A stretch of 64,000 nt of DNA from an uncultured Planctomycetota bacterium (GCA_963752285.1 CAVVXN010000001.1:768001-832000); one strand, 5' to 3'. Shown: positions 19,241-29,586, counted from the first letter of the stretch. The notes: generated by a model from the sequence alone, not told the origin. Made by a program: numbers and translations.

Positions 19241-19990
19241 TCAGGTGCTCGCGCCGTCGAGCTCCGGCATGTAGAAGCCCTCACCGAGATACGCGCGCCG
19301 TACGAGCTCGTCGCGAACCAGCGCCGCCGGCGTGCCCTGCGCGAGGATCTTCCCGAACGCGATGATGTAGGAGCGGTCCGTCATCGAGAGGGCTTCTCGC
19401 ACGTTGTGGTCGGTCAGGAGGATCGCGAGGCCCTTCGACTCGCGGAGCCGCCGGAGGATCCCCTGGATCTCCTGCACCGTGATCGGGTCCACGCCGGCGA
19501 AGGGCTCGTCCAGGAGCAGGAGCTTCGGCTCGTGCGTCAGGGCCCGCGCGATCTCGAGTCGGCGGCGCTCGCCACCCGAGAGCACCTCGGCCCGGCTCTT
19601 GCGAACACGTCCGAGATCGAGGTCCTGGAGGAGTGCCTCCATGCGGCGGCGGCGCTCGGCGCGGCCGAGCGGCAGCGTCTCGAGGATCGCGAGCAGGTTC
19701 CCCTCGACGGTCATCCGGCGGAACACGCTCGGCTCCTGCGGCAGGTAGGCGATGCCGCGTCGCGCGCGCTTGTAGATGGGGAGCCGCGACAGGTCGAGGT
19801 CGTGGAGGAAGACCTGGCCCGCGTCCGGACGTACGAGCCCCAGCACCATCCGGAACGACGTGGTCTTGCCGGCGCCGTTCGGTCCGAGGAGGCCGACGAT
19901 CTCGCCGGGATCGACGTGGAACGAGACCCGGTCCACGACGACGCGGCCGCGAAACGACTTCAGGAGCTGACGGGCCTCGAGCAGCGCCAC
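19241..19990 (-). CDS. lptB: LPS export ABC ATPase
   Basis: [58 protein letters not shown]. Confidence 0.95.
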   Translation of the reverse strand: MALLEARQLLKSFRGRVVVDRVSFHVDPGEIVGLLGPNGAGKTTSFRMVLGLVRPDAGQVFLHDLDLSRLPIYKRARRGIAYLPQEPSVFRRMTVEGNLLAILETLPLGRAERRRRMEALLQDLDLGRVRKSRAEVLSGGERRRLEIARALTHEPKLLLLDEPFAGVDPITVQEIQGILRRLRESKGLAILLTDHNVREALSMTDRSYIIAFGKILAQGTPAALVRDELVRRAYLGEGFYMPELDGAST

Positions 19991-20293
19991 CCGCAGATCC
20001 TAGCCCGGAAGGCCCCTCCGGGGCGCGACGTGTTCGACGGGAGCGGCCGCGCCCGCTCGACCCGCGATCGCGGGGCGATCGCGCCTTCGTCTACGGGGTG
20101 TCCTGCGCGCGCCGGAGCGCCAAGGACACGGCGGGAGGCGGGGGCCACCCCGAAGCGGGTCGTCGACGACGAGCCACACGGTCATCGGGCCCCTGGCGCG
20201 CAAAGGGACGCGCGATTCGCCCGCGTCAGGGGGCGTGCGGGCCCGAGGCAGGATCCGTCCCGCGTCCGCCCGGGGGCCGGCCGGTGGCGCCCG

Positions 20294-21691
20294 TCAGTGG
20301 ATGAAGCCGAGGCGGTGGGGGAACTCGGGGAAGAGCGGCCAGAAGACGAGGAACGCCTTTCCGACCACCAGGCTCCGGTCCACGAACGGGACGTGCTCGT
20401 CGTACTCCTGGCGCGCGGGGTCGCGCTCGGCGTCCGACCACGAGCGATCGATCCCGTCCATCCCGGCGACGTACGTCCGGTCGCCTACGCGTCGCGCCGG
20501 CTCGAGCGGGTCCCGGTAGTAGACGACGTCGCGTCCGTCGCGCAGGGGGATGTGCCGTACGACCCACTTCCGGCTGTCGTGCGAGTTTCCGGTGTTGTCG
20601 CCGAGCATGAAGTACTTTCCCGCCGGGATCCACAGCCCGTCGTCGCCCTCGACGAGCGCGTACATGCCGTCGTCCTCGTACTCGATGTCGCGGTCCACGC
20701 GGATGTCGGAGACCTCGAGCGCCCCGCCCCGGGCCTCGATCTCGAGCGACTGCGTGAAGTCGTCCGCGGCGGGGATCGAATCGGCGGGTCGCTCCTCGTC
20801 GAGCTCGGCGAGACGGCGTCCGTTCGCGTGCACCCACACGTGACCGTCCTCGCACTCGAGCTCCAGGTCCACCGGCCGGCCTCCCGCGAGCCGGACGTCG
20901 AGCGGGGCCTCCACCTGGCGCCCCGGCCGGCGGGTGCGGACGGTCGAGCCGTCCGCCCCGCCGGGCGACGCGAGGTGCACGACGGTCTCGCGCTCCCTGC
21001 CCGTGCTCCAGCGGAGATCGAGGTCGGCGTCGGCGGACGGCACGATGCGAAAGCGGACGCGCATGTCGGTCACGAGATCGTTCGAGGACTCGAGCTGGGG
21101 GTCGTCGATCGAGTCCGTCCGCCCGATGCGCTTGAGGAAGCGGGCCTTCGCCGCGTCGCCGCCCGAGAACGAGAGGGCCGCACGGTTCGTGGCCCGCCAG
21201 CCGGGCTCGAGGTCCCACCATCGATCGGCGTCCGCGGCGTTGGCGCGCGGGGCGGGGCCGAACACGGGATGGTACAGCTCCTCGCGCGCCCGGCGCGGCT
21301 TCGTGGCGATGCGCCACGGGACGTCCTTCGAAGGACGGGTCCAGATGTCGCCGCGGTAGATCTTGAACCACTCGGGCCCGCATCCGGCCGTGCGCTTGAT
21401 GAAGTGCTTCGACTCGTTCAGGGGGAAGAGAAAGACCATGACGTCCCAGCGCTTCGGGCCGGAGGTCAGGTACGCCCACTTGTCCACGAGGATCCGGTCG
21501 CCCACGCCGTTCGCCTTCTCGCCGAGGAGCGTGGGCTCCATCGACCCGGTCGGGATCTTGAAGGCCTCGACGGAGAAGTGCTTGATCACGAGCGCCATCA
21601 CGAGGGCGATCGTGAAGGCCTCGAGGTTGTCCTTCAGCACCTCGAGGAAGTGGTAGGGCTCCTCCCGCGGGATCGGGCCGCTCGGGCTCAC
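20294..21691 (-). CDS. lepB: Signal peptidase I with large internal insertion
   Basis: FKIPTGSMEPTL (Ser), FIKR (Lys), YFMLGDNTGNSHDSR, VGKAFLVFWP; GTG start overlaps the lepA stop. Confidence 0.9.
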   Translation of the reverse strand: MSPSGPIPREEPYHFLEVLKDNLEAFTIALVMALVIKHFSVEAFKIPTGSMEPTLLGEKANGVGDRILVDKWAYLTSGPKRWDVMVFLFPLNESKHFIKRTAGCGPEWFKIYRGDIWTRPSKDVPWRIATKPRRAREELYHPVFGPAPRANAADADRWWDLEPGWRATNRAALSFSGGDAAKARFLKRIGRTDSIDDPQLESSNDLVTDMRVRFRIVPSADADLDLRWSTGRERETVVHLASPGGADGSTVRTRRPGRQVEAPLDVRLAGGRPVDLELECEDGHVWVHANGRRLAELDEERPADSIPAADDFTQSLEIEARGGALEVSDIRVDRDIEYEDDGMYALVEGDDGLWIPAGKYFMLGDNTGNSHDSRKWVVRHIPLRDGRDVVYYRDPLEPARRVGDRTYVAGMDGIDRSWSDAERDPARQEYDEHVPFVDRSLVVGKAFLVFWPLFPEFPHRLGFIH

Positions 21692-23508
21692 TTCTCCGAC
21701 TCCTCGTCGTCGCCGAGCACGGCCAGGAAGGCGTCCTGCGGGATCTCCACACTGCCCACCTGCTTCATGCGCTTCTTGCCCTTCTTCTGCTTCTCGAGGA
21801 GCTTCCGCTTGCGCGTCACGTCGCCACCGTAGCACTTTGCGAGCACGTCCTTGCGGAGGGGGGCGATCGTCTCGCGCGCGACGATCCGGGCGCCGATCGC
21901 CGCCTGGAGCGGGACGGCGAAGAGGTGGCGGGGGATCGCCTTCCGGAGCCGTTTCAGGACGCGCCGCCCTCGGTTCTCGGCCACGGACCGGTGACAGATC
22001 AGCGAGAGCGCGTCCACCTCCTTGCCGTGGACCAGGACCCGGAGCCGCACCAGGTCGGCGGGCTTGTACGCGCGGACCTCGTAGTCGAGGGTCCCGTACC
22101 CCCGCGTGACCGACTTCAGGAGGTCGTAGAAGTCGAAGACGATCTCCTGGAGCGGGAGGTCGAAGACGAGCATCACGCGCGTCGGCGAGAGGTACTGCGT
22201 CTCCACGTACACGCCGCGTCGGTCCGTGCAGAGCTTCATCATCGGGCCGATGCCGTCGGTCGGGAGGATCATGGAGCAGCGCGAGATCGGCTCGCGGAAC
22301 TCCTCGATGTGGTTCGCGTCCGGCACGTCGGACGGCTTCTCGATGCGCATCGTCTCGCCGTTCGTGCGCAGGACCTCGTACGTGACGTTCGGCGCCGTCT
22401 GGACGAGGTCCACGTCGCTCTCGCGCTCGAGCCGCTCCTGGACGATCTCCATGTGGAGCAAGCCCAGGAACCCGCAGCGGAACCCGAACCCGAGGGCCTC
22501 CGAGGTCTCGGGCAGGAACGTGAACGACGCGTCGTTCAGCCGGAGCGTCTGGAGCGCTTTCCGGAGCGCCTCGAAGTCCTTCGGGTACGTCGGGTAGAGA
22601 CCGCAGTACACCATCGGCTGCGGTTCGCGGTAGCCCGGCAGCGCCTCGATCTGCGCGGGCGGCGGCGCCGTGGTGACCGTGTCGCCGATGCGCACGTCCT
22701 CGAGCGACTTGATGTTCGCGACCACGTATCCCGACTCGCCGGCCGAGAGCCGCTCGATGGGGTTCCGGTGGGGACGGAGGACGCCGAGCTCCACCACCTC
22801 GTGGTCGCGGCCGGTGCCGAGGAGCCGGATCTTCGCGCCGCGCTGGAGCACGCCGTCGATCAGCCGAACGTAGATCACCACGCCGCGGTACGTGTCGTAG
22901 ATCGCGTCGAAGAGGAGTGCGCGAAGCGGCGCCTCGGGGTCGCCCACCGGCGGCGGCACGACGTCGATCAGCCGCTCGAGGACCTCCTGCACCCCCTCGC
23001 CGGTCTTGGCCGAGCAGCGGAGCACGGTGTCGGGGTCGATCCCGAGGACGGAGTGCATCTCTTCGACGACCTCGTCGGGCCGGGCGCCGGCCACGTCGAT
23101 CTTGTTCACGACCGGGACGAGCTCGAGGCCGGCCTCGACCGCGAGGTACGCGTTCGCTACCGTCTGCGCCTCGACGCCCTGCGTCGCGTCCACGAGCAGG
23201 ATCGCGCCCTCGCACGCCGCGAGCGACCGGCTGACCTCGTACGAGAAGTCCACGTGGCCGGGCGTGTCGATCAGGTTGAGGACGTAGTCCTTGCCGTCCT
23301 TCCGGTACGGGAGCCGGACCGCGCGGGCCTTGATCGTGATGCCGCGCTCCCGCTCGAGGTCGAGCTCGTCCAAGACCTGGGGCACGGCCACCCCGCGCGC
23401 CACGAGCCCCGTGATCTCGAGGATCCGGTCCGCGAGCGTGGACTTGCCGTGGTCGATGTGGGCCACGATCGCGAAGTTGCGGATGTGTCGTTGTGCGGCG
23501 CGGGCCAT
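21688..23508 (-). CDS. lepA: Translation factor EF-4
   Basis: IRNFAIVAHIDHGKSTLADR, DTPGHVDFSYEV, GFRCGFLGLLH, KCYGGDVTRKRKLLEKQK. Confidence 0.97.
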   Translation of the reverse strand: MARAAQRHIRNFAIVAHIDHGKSTLADRILEITGLVARGVAVPQVLDELDLERERGITIKARAVRLPYRKDGKDYVLNLIDTPGHVDFSYEVSRSLAACEGAILLVDATQGVEAQTVANAYLAVEAGLELVPVVNKIDVAGARPDEVVEEMHSVLGIDPDTVLRCSAKTGEGVQEVLERLIDVVPPPVGDPEAPLRALLFDAIYDTYRGVVIYVRLIDGVLQRGAKIRLLGTGRDHEVVELGVLRPHRNPIERLSAGESGYVVANIKSLEDVRIGDTVTTAPPPAQIEALPGYREPQPMVYCGLYPTYPKDFEALRKALQTLRLNDASFTFLPETSEALGFGFRCGFLGLLHMEIVQERLERESDVDLVQTAPNVTYEVLRTNGETMRIEKPSDVPDANHIEEFREPISRCSMILPTDGIGPMMKLCTDRRGVYVETQYLSPTRVMLVFDLPLQEIVFDFYDLLKSVTRGYGTLDYEVRAYKPADLVRLRVLVHGKEVDALSLICHRSVAENRGRRVLKRLRKAIPRHLFAVPLQAAIGARIVARETIAPLRKDVLAKCYGGDVTRKRKLLEKQKKGKKRMKQVGSVEIPQDAFLAVLGDDEESEK

Positions 23509-23659
23509 GGGGGGGGCGGTCCCTCGGCGGGGGAGGGGCCGGACGAATCGCCCCTTCGGCACGCGCCCGGCCCCGGGCGGGGCGGCGCGGCGTGCATCCG
23601 GGAGAGGGTACGCCCCTTCGGACGGGGCGCCCAAGATCCCGGCCGGCGCTCGGCCCTCG

Positions 23660-24262
23660 TCAGACGAACAGGGAGTCCGGCAGGTCGGCGAGGCGCCGCG
23701 CGAGGTCGGTCAGCGCTCGGCCACGGTGGCTCCGCTGGTTCTTCTCCTTCGCCGTGAGCTCGGCCATGCGCCGGTCGAGGTCCGGCAGGTGGAAGAGCGG
23801 GTCGTAGCCGAAGCCGCCCTCGCCCTTCGCCGGCCACCGCAGCACGCCCTCGACCCGCCCTTCGGTCTCCACGAGGATCTCGCCGGCGGGGTCCGCGAGG
23901 GCGACCGCGCAGACGAAGGCCGCCTCGGGATCCACGAGGCCGGCGGCCTCGAGGTGGCGCACGAGGAGCGCGTTGTTCTGGGCCGCGGTCGCGCCGGGAC
24001 CCGCGAACCGCGCGGACCGTACCCCGGGCTTCCCGCCGAGCGCCGGCACCACCAGACCGGAGTCGTCGGCCAGGACCGGCCGGGCCAGGTGCCGCGCCGT
24101 CTCGGCCGCCTTCCGGCGCGCGTTCTCGGCGAACGTCTCGCCGGTCTCCTCGACCGGCGGGAGGTGGCCCGGCACGAGCACCTCGTAGCCGAGGGGCCCC
24201 AGGATGGCCGCGATCTCGCGCGCCTTGTGCCGGTTCGTGGTGGCCAGTGCGAGGAGTCGCAT
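23660..24262 (-). CDS. rdgB: Non-canonical purine NTP pyrophosphatase (Ham1 family)
   Basis: ATTNRHKARE, ETGETFAENA, ADDSGL, GFGYDPLF, KNQRSHRGRA. Confidence 0.95.
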   Translation of the reverse strand: MRLLALATTNRHKAREIAAILGPLGYEVLVPGHLPPVEETGETFAENARRKAAETARHLARPVLADDSGLVVPALGGKPGVRSARFAGPGATAAQNNALLVRHLEAAGLVDPEAAFVCAVALADPAGEILVETEGRVEGVLRWPAKGEGGFGYDPLFHLPDLDRRMAELTAKEKNQRSHRGRALTDLARRLADLPDSLFV

Positions 24263-24270
24263 CGTCCCCC

Positions 24271-24999
24271 TCACGCGATGGGCTGGGTGAGCGTGTCCCT
24301 CACGATTCCGAGCACGTTCTCGATTCCCTTCCTCGCGAGGTCGAGGAGCCGGTGGTGCTCGTCGAGGGTGAAGGGCCGCGCCTCGCCCGTGCCCTGGATC
24401 TCGAGGTACCGCCCCGAGGCGGTCATGACGACGTTCATGTCCACCTGCGCCTTGTGGTCCTCGCGGTACTCGAGGTCCACGACCTCCTGGTTCCCGACCA
24501 CGCCGACCGAGATCGCGCCGATCGGCTCCGCGATCGGCCAGCGTGAGAGCGGCTTCTTGAACTCGTACCGGCGGAGCGCGTCCGCGAGCGCGACGTAGGC
24601 CGCGTTGATGGCGGCGGTTCGGGTGCCGCCGTCCGCCTCCAGGACGTCGCAGTCGAGCCAGACCGTCCGCTCGCCGAGCGCGGGGAGGTCCACCACGCTG
24701 CGGAGCGACCTTCCGACCAGGCGCTGGATCTCGTGCGTCCGGCCGTCCACGCGTCCGGTCGAGCCCGCCCGGGCCTTCCGCTGCTGCGTGGAGCCGGGGA
24801 GCATCGCGTACTCCGCGGTCACCCACCCGGTGCCCCGACCGGTCATCCAGGGGGGGACCCGCTCCTCGATGGAGGCGGTGACGTACACGCAGGTACGTCC
24901 CGATCGGTAGAGGACCGATCCGGGCGCGGCGTCGGTGAAACGTCGCACGATCTCGATGGGGCGGATCTGGTCGGGGGCGCGGCCGTCGGGGCGGGGCAT
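24271..24999 (-). CDS. rph: Ribonuclease PH
   Basis: GWVTAEYAMLP, GRTHEIQRLVGRSLR, DCDVLEADGGTRTA, EIQGTGE. Confidence 0.97.
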   Translation of the reverse strand: MPRPDGRAPDQIRPIEIVRRFTDAAPGSVLYRSGRTCVYVTASIEERVPPWMTGRGTGWVTAEYAMLPGSTQQRKARAGSTGRVDGRTHEIQRLVGRSLRSVVDLPALGERTVWLDCDVLEADGGTRTAAINAAYVALADALRRYEFKKPLSRWPIAEPIGAISVGVVGNQEVVDLEYREDHKAQVDMNVVMTASGRYLEIQGTGEARPFTLDEHHRLLDLARKGIENVLGIVRDTLTQPIA

Positions 25000-25109
25000 C
25001 CGGGGCTCCTCCGCCGGGATCCTAACCCCTTCCTGACGGCCCTCCTCAAGGCCGGGGGGCGATCGGTCCGACAGGCATCCCGGGCGTGGTGGCCTGGAGT
25101 CGAGTCCTC

Positions 25110-25409
25110 GTGACGCCCCACCCTCCGTCCACGTCCCAGCCCCGCGTCGGCCTGAACTGGCGCGGAGAGACCCGCCCCGCCGTCGCGGTGGCGCTCCGCG
25201 GGGGGGAAGCCTGCCTCGTCGTCGAGAAGGCTCCGCCGTCTCCGTCGGAGGTCCGGCTGGTGCTCGACTGGCCCGCGGGCGAGACCACCTGGCTCGGCGG
25301 AACGCTTCGCGAGGTCGAGGACGACGGGCACGTCGCGCGCGTGGACATCCACGCCGTTCACGGCGACTGGCGTCCGTTCCTCGTCTGGCTCGGCCGCTCC
25401 TGCGCCTGA
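25110..25409 (+). CDS. Small hypothetical protein, possibly degenerate PilZ-like beta barrel
   Basis: Beta-strand pattern (VAVALRGGEACLVV, VRLVLDWP); start uncertain. Confidence 0.45.
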   Translation: MTPHPPSTSQPRVGLNWRGETRPAVAVALRGGEACLVVEKAPPSPSEVRLVLDWPAGETTWLGGTLREVEDDGHVARVDIHAVHGDWRPFLVWLGRSCA

Positions 25410-25442
25410 GAGCCGTCGGGAGCCCCGCGCTTCGAGGTGCGG

Positions 25443-26369
25443 TCAGCGCCCGGGGCCGCCCGTGTCGCGGGGCGACCCGTGCGGGGTCCAGGTGTCCGGC
25501 GACTCCCGCCACGTTCGCCCGCGGCGCGCGCGGTCCGACGCCGGGTCCGGGTCCGGGTCCGGGTCGGAGGGACGACTCGCGGGCGCGCCCTCCGCGGTGA
25601 GGGGGAGGCAGATCCGGACCGCGCGCGGCGCGTCCTGTTCCTCGATCACCCCGCCTACCTCCGCGAGCGACCGACGGGCGATCTCGATCTCGAACCCCGT
25701 CGCGCCGGTCGTGCCGAGGTCGTCCTCGCGGGGCGCCGCGCCGGCCGGGAGCGTGACTTCGACCAGCGCGCGCTCGCCGAGACGGGAGACGCGCACGTGG
25801 AGCGCCCCGTGGAGCGTCTGCGCGCCGCGAAGGAACGACTCGAGGGCGGCGACGAGCGCCTGGATGAGACGGGGGGCGGAGATCGCGACGGTCGCGTCGG
25901 CGTCGGCCTCGATCTCGATCTCGATCCACGGCGGCGCGGGACGCCCGTCCACGACGTCGGGCCACGGGGCGGCCTTGCGCAGTGGGAAGGCGACGAACCG
26001 GACCGCTTCGTCGAGCGCGGCCCGGAGCGACGTCACGGGCGGGCGCTCGTCGGCGTGCGCGACGAACTCCTTGAAGGCCTTCAGGCGCTGGATCACCCGC
26101 TCCAGGTTCGCCTGCACGCGGACGAGTCCCGCCCGGAGCGACGGCACGTCGTGGTCGAGGAGCGCGATCTCCACGTGTCCGCTCGCGGCGGTGAGGAGGT
26201 TGCCGAGGTCGTGCGCGAAGCCCCGCGCGTGGAGGCCGAGCTCGGCCCAGCGCTCCACCTGCTCGACGAGGGCGAAGAGGTGGTCCCGCTCGGCCGAGGG
26301 GGCCTCGCGCCCCCCTGCGGGCGGGGTCGGGGCGTCGGGCCGGCGAACCGGGTCGGTGCCCTGCGGCAT
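25443..26369 (-). CDS. Histidine-kinase-like protein with intact H-box and degenerate ATP-binding domain
   Basis: GFAHDLGNLL H-box; expected N, G1 and G2 boxes replaced (LVAALES, GATGFEIEIARR). Confidence 0.6.
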   Translation of the reverse strand: MPQGTDPVRRPDAPTPPAGGREAPSAERDHLFALVEQVERWAELGLHARGFAHDLGNLLTAASGHVEIALLDHDVPSLRAGLVRVQANLERVIQRLKAFKEFVAHADERPPVTSLRAALDEAVRFVAFPLRKAAPWPDVVDGRPAPPWIEIEIEADADATVAISAPRLIQALVAALESFLRGAQTLHGALHVRVSRLGERALVEVTLPAGAAPREDDLGTTGATGFEIEIARRSLAEVGGVIEEQDAPRAVRICLPLTAEGAPASRPSDPDPDPDPASDRARRGRTWRESPDTWTPHGSPRDTGGPGR

Positions 26370-26613
26370 GGTGAACATCCCTCGGGGGGGGACCCCCGCC
26401 GGCCCTATCGGCCATCCGGCCCCCCGACAGGATCCCCGATCGACGTCCCCGCGCCCCCGGATGGCGGACCGAAGGTTCGGGCGGCGGGCGCCGGGGCGGC
26501 GGGCCTCCGCGGGGACGGCCGGCTCGTCGGTCGAGCGCGTGCTCGTCCTCCTTCTCGTGCCCGTGGCGGGGGGCTCCCCTCCGCCCCCTCCTCGGACACA
26601 ATCGGGACCTGTC

Positions 26614-27465
26614 ATGGGCGCCCCCCGGATCCCCTTCACGAAGATGCACGGCATCGGGAACGACTACGTCGTGCTCGACGGCTTCGGCCCGCGGCCGGCC
26701 GACCCGGAGGCGCTCGCGCGCGCGCTCCTCGACCGCCGCTTCGGCGTGGGCGGCGACGGCCTCCTGCTCGTCCTCCCGAGCGACCAGGCCGACGTTCGGA
26801 TGCGGATGTTCAACGTGGACGGGAGCGAGGCCGAGATGTGCGGGAACGGCCTGCGCTGCCTCGTGAAATACGCGTGGGAGCGGGGCCGCATGACCGCGAA
26901 GGCCGAGGGCACCGTCGAGACGAAGGCCGGGATCCTAGGTTGGCGTGTCCGCGAGGCGGACGACAGGGTCGAGAGCGTGACGCTCGACATGGGCCGTCCA
27001 CGACGCGAGCGACGCGAGATCCCGATGTCGGGTCCGGACGGTCACGTCGAGGACGAGCCCCTCGAGGTCCTCGACCGCACGTTCTCGGTCACCGCGGTCT
27101 CGATGGGGAACCCCCACGCGGTGACCTTCGTGGACGACGTGGACGCGTTCCCGCTCGAGCGGTACGGCCCCGCCGTCGAGCGACACGCGTCGTTCCCGAG
27201 GCGCACGAACGCGGAGTTCGTGGAGGTGGTCTCACCGACCGAGCTCCGCCAGCGGACCTGGGAGCGCGGCTGCGGCGAGACGCTCGCGTGCGGCACCGGC
27301 GCGTGCGCCGTGGTGGTGGCGGCGGCGGCGACCGGTCGCACGAAGCGCGACGTCGTCGTCCACCTGCGCGGCGGCGACCTCGAGGTGCGCTGGACGAAGG
27401 ACGACCACGTCCTCCTGACCGGCCCCGCCGTCGAGGTGTTCGAGGGGACCTGGCGTCCACGGTGA
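26614..27465 (+). CDS. dapF: Diaminopimelate epimerase
   Basis: FTKMHGIGNDY, EMCGNG, SMGNPHAV, ERGCGETLACGTGA. Confidence 0.97.
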   Translation: MGAPRIPFTKMHGIGNDYVVLDGFGPRPADPEALARALLDRRFGVGGDGLLLVLPSDQADVRMRMFNVDGSEAEMCGNGLRCLVKYAWERGRMTAKAEGTVETKAGILGWRVREADDRVESVTLDMGRPRRERREIPMSGPDGHVEDEPLEVLDRTFSVTAVSMGNPHAVTFVDDVDAFPLERYGPAVERHASFPRRTNAEFVEVVSPTELRQRTWERGCGETLACGTGACAVVVAAAATGRTKRDVVVHLRGGDLEVRWTKDDHVLLTGPAVEVFEGTWRPR

Positions 27466-27608
27466 CCCGCGGGAGGCCCGTCGCCGCCGCGCCGGGCCGC
27501 CGCGCCGGGCCGTCGGGCCCGACCGCCCTGGTCCCCGCGGCCTCCCCGCGCGGAAAGGTCTCGCTCCGGGGTGCGGGTATCCTCGACCGATTCCCGCCGG
27601 AGAGGGCC

Positions 27609-28127
27609 ATGCCCGTCTGCGAGGAGTGCGGCAGCCAGCAGGTCGATGCCGACGTCGTCGAGGGCGTCGAGCTGGACGTCTGCCGCCTCTGCGGGCACCT
27701 CCAGGGCGAGGACGATCGGGTCGCGCGGGTCGAGGAGCTCCGGGCGGCGCGCGAGCGGGGCATCGACCCCCTCGTGTACCCGCTCGTCGTCGCGCTCGAG
27801 AAGGTCCCGACCTTCCGCGTGGAGCAGGCCACGGCGGGCCGACCCGAGCGCAACGAGTACCCCTTCGTGTTCCTCCGCGTGCGCGAGGGAGGCTTGCAGG
27901 ACCTGGAGCGTCTCCTGACCTCGCTCGAGATGGCGAACCGCGCGACGACGCGCCGGTGGGTGGTGGAGTCGGCGCTGCAGCGGGGCCTCCTCTTCATCCT
28001 GCGCCCGCGGTTCTGGAAGGCCGTCCTCGACATCACCGAGAAGGACATCCTCGAGGCGCGGCACGACCTCCCGGTCCTCGCCAAGGCGCTGCGTCGCGAC
28101 GTCGAGCTCGCCTGGTGGAGGGGCTGA
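27609..28127 (+). CDS. Zinc-ribbon (CxxC...CxxC) hypothetical protein
   Basis: MPVCEECG..VELDVCRLCG followed by an alpha/beta domain. Confidence 0.7.
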   Translation: MPVCEECGSQQVDADVVEGVELDVCRLCGHLQGEDDRVARVEELRAARERGIDPLVYPLVVALEKVPTFRVEQATAGRPERNEYPFVFLRVREGGLQDLERLLTSLEMANRATTRRWVVESALQRGLLFILRPRFWKAVLDITEKDILEARHDLPVLAKALRRDVELAWWRG

Positions 28128-28240
28128 CCGAGTCGGGGCTCTTCGGGGCGGGGCCCTGCGGGGGCGGGAGGGGCCGAGCGGGGCGCGTCCGAGCCGAGCG
28201 TCGTGCGGCGGCGGCGCGCCGGCCGGCGCCCCCCTCCGGG

Positions 28241-29131
28241 TCACCCTCGCCGCACGCGGAGCGAGAGGTCGAGCGCCGGCGCGCTGTGCGTGAGCGACCC
28301 GCTGCTCAGCCGGTCCACCCCCGTCGAGGCGAGCGCGGTCACCGTTTCGAGTCGGACCCCGCCCGTCGCCTCGACACGCGGCGCGCGGCCCGTGCGTGCA
28401 CGGAGACGACGCACGGCCGATCGGACTCCGCCGAGGTCGAAGCCGTCGAGCATCACGACGTCCGCGCCCGCGTCGGCCGCGGCGTCGAGCTCGTCGAGGT
28501 CCTCGACCTCGACGTAGAGCGTCGTCCCCGTGGGCAGCGCGGTCCGGCAACGGCGGATCGCCTCCCGAATCGCCTCCGGGCCCGTGTGTCCGAAAGCGGC
28601 GTAGAGGTGGTTCTCCTTGACCATCGCGGCGTCGGCGAGGTCGAGGCGGTGGGGGCGGCCGCCCCCCATGGCCACCGCGTACTTCTCGAGCGCGCGGAGT
28701 CCCGGCGTGGTCTTGCGCGTGTCGAGGATCTCGACGCCCGTCGCCATCGCCGCCTCGACGAACTCGTGGGTCCGGGTGGCGATGCCCGACAGGTGGCCGA
28801 GGAGGTTCAAGACCGTCCGCTCCGCCGAGAGGATCGCGCGGGCGCGGGCCTCTACGGTGAGGACCCGTACGCCTTCGGCGACGACTTCGCCGTCGGCATA
28901 GTGGAGGGTCACCGCCGCCTCCGCGTCGAGCGCGCGGAACGTGGGCTCCGCGAGGGGCAGGCCCGCGAGCACGCCGGGGGCCTTCGCGACGACGTCGGCG
29001 ACCGCGCGACGGTCGGCGGGCACGACGGCGCGGGTCGTCAGGTCGTCCTCGACCCGGTCCTCGGCGAGCGCCCGGCGGATCAGGTCGAGGTGCGCGGTCG
29101 GGTCGAGGCTCGGGAGGGGCGGGCCGGACAT
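28241..29131 (-). CDS. nadC: Quinolinate phosphoribosyltransferase
   Basis: ALAEDR, AERTVLN, LSGIAT, DTRKTTPG, KENH, EVE, VMLD, EATGG, LTHS. Confidence 0.95.
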   Translation of the reverse strand: MSGPPLPSLDPTAHLDLIRRALAEDRVEDDLTTRAVVPADRRAVADVVAKAPGVLAGLPLAEPTFRALDAEAAVTLHYADGEVVAEGVRVLTVEARARAILSAERTVLNLLGHLSGIATRTHEFVEAAMATGVEILDTRKTTPGLRALEKYAVAMGGGRPHRLDLADAAMVKENHLYAAFGHTGPEAIREAIRRCRTALPTGTTLYVEVEDLDELDAAADAGADVVMLDGFDLGGVRSAVRRLRARTGRAPRVEATGGVRLETVTALASTGVDRLSSGSLTHSAPALDLSLRVRRG

Positions 29132-29149
29132 GGCCGGATGCTACCGAGC

Positions 29150-29528
29150 CCTGGACGAGCGCGCGGATCCACGTCGCACGCCGGATCCCCGCGACGGTCG
29201 CCGGACCGATCCCCGGGATCCGCAGGAGGTCGTCGAAGCCGGCCACCGGACCGTTCTCGGCCCGGTCCGCGAGGATCGCCCGTGCGCGACGCGACCCGAT
29301 ACCGGGCAGGAGGACGAGTCGGGACGCCGGAGCCGATGCGACGTCCACCGCGAGCGGAGGCGGCGCTGCCCAGGGCACGCGCGCCGCGGCGCGGCAGCGG
29401 ACGGCGCCCGCGAGCCCGGCCACGACCGCCAGGAGGAGCCCCGCCTCGACCGCGGTCACGGCGAGCCGGTGGCGCGAGGCGCCGACGGGGTCGGGCGGCG
29501 GCAGCGAGCGGCGCGCGGACCGGTTCAC
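29150..29528 (-). CDS. ComEA-like helix-hairpin-helix protein lacking an in-frame stop near the domain end (end coordinate approximate)
   Basis: N-terminal TM; VDVASA..LVLLPGIGSRRARAI and LLRIPGIGPATV; frame stays open to 27042. Confidence 0.6.
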
Positions 29529-29586
29529 GAGGGAGGATCGCGCCGGGGGGGCGACCGGTCACAGCGCGGTCCGTAGAATCGCGTGG

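Noticed and set aside
25541..25566. (CCGGGT)n short tandem repeat
   Set aside because: Encodes a DPDPDPDP linker in the kinase-like ORF; in-frame hexamer with no sign of phase variation
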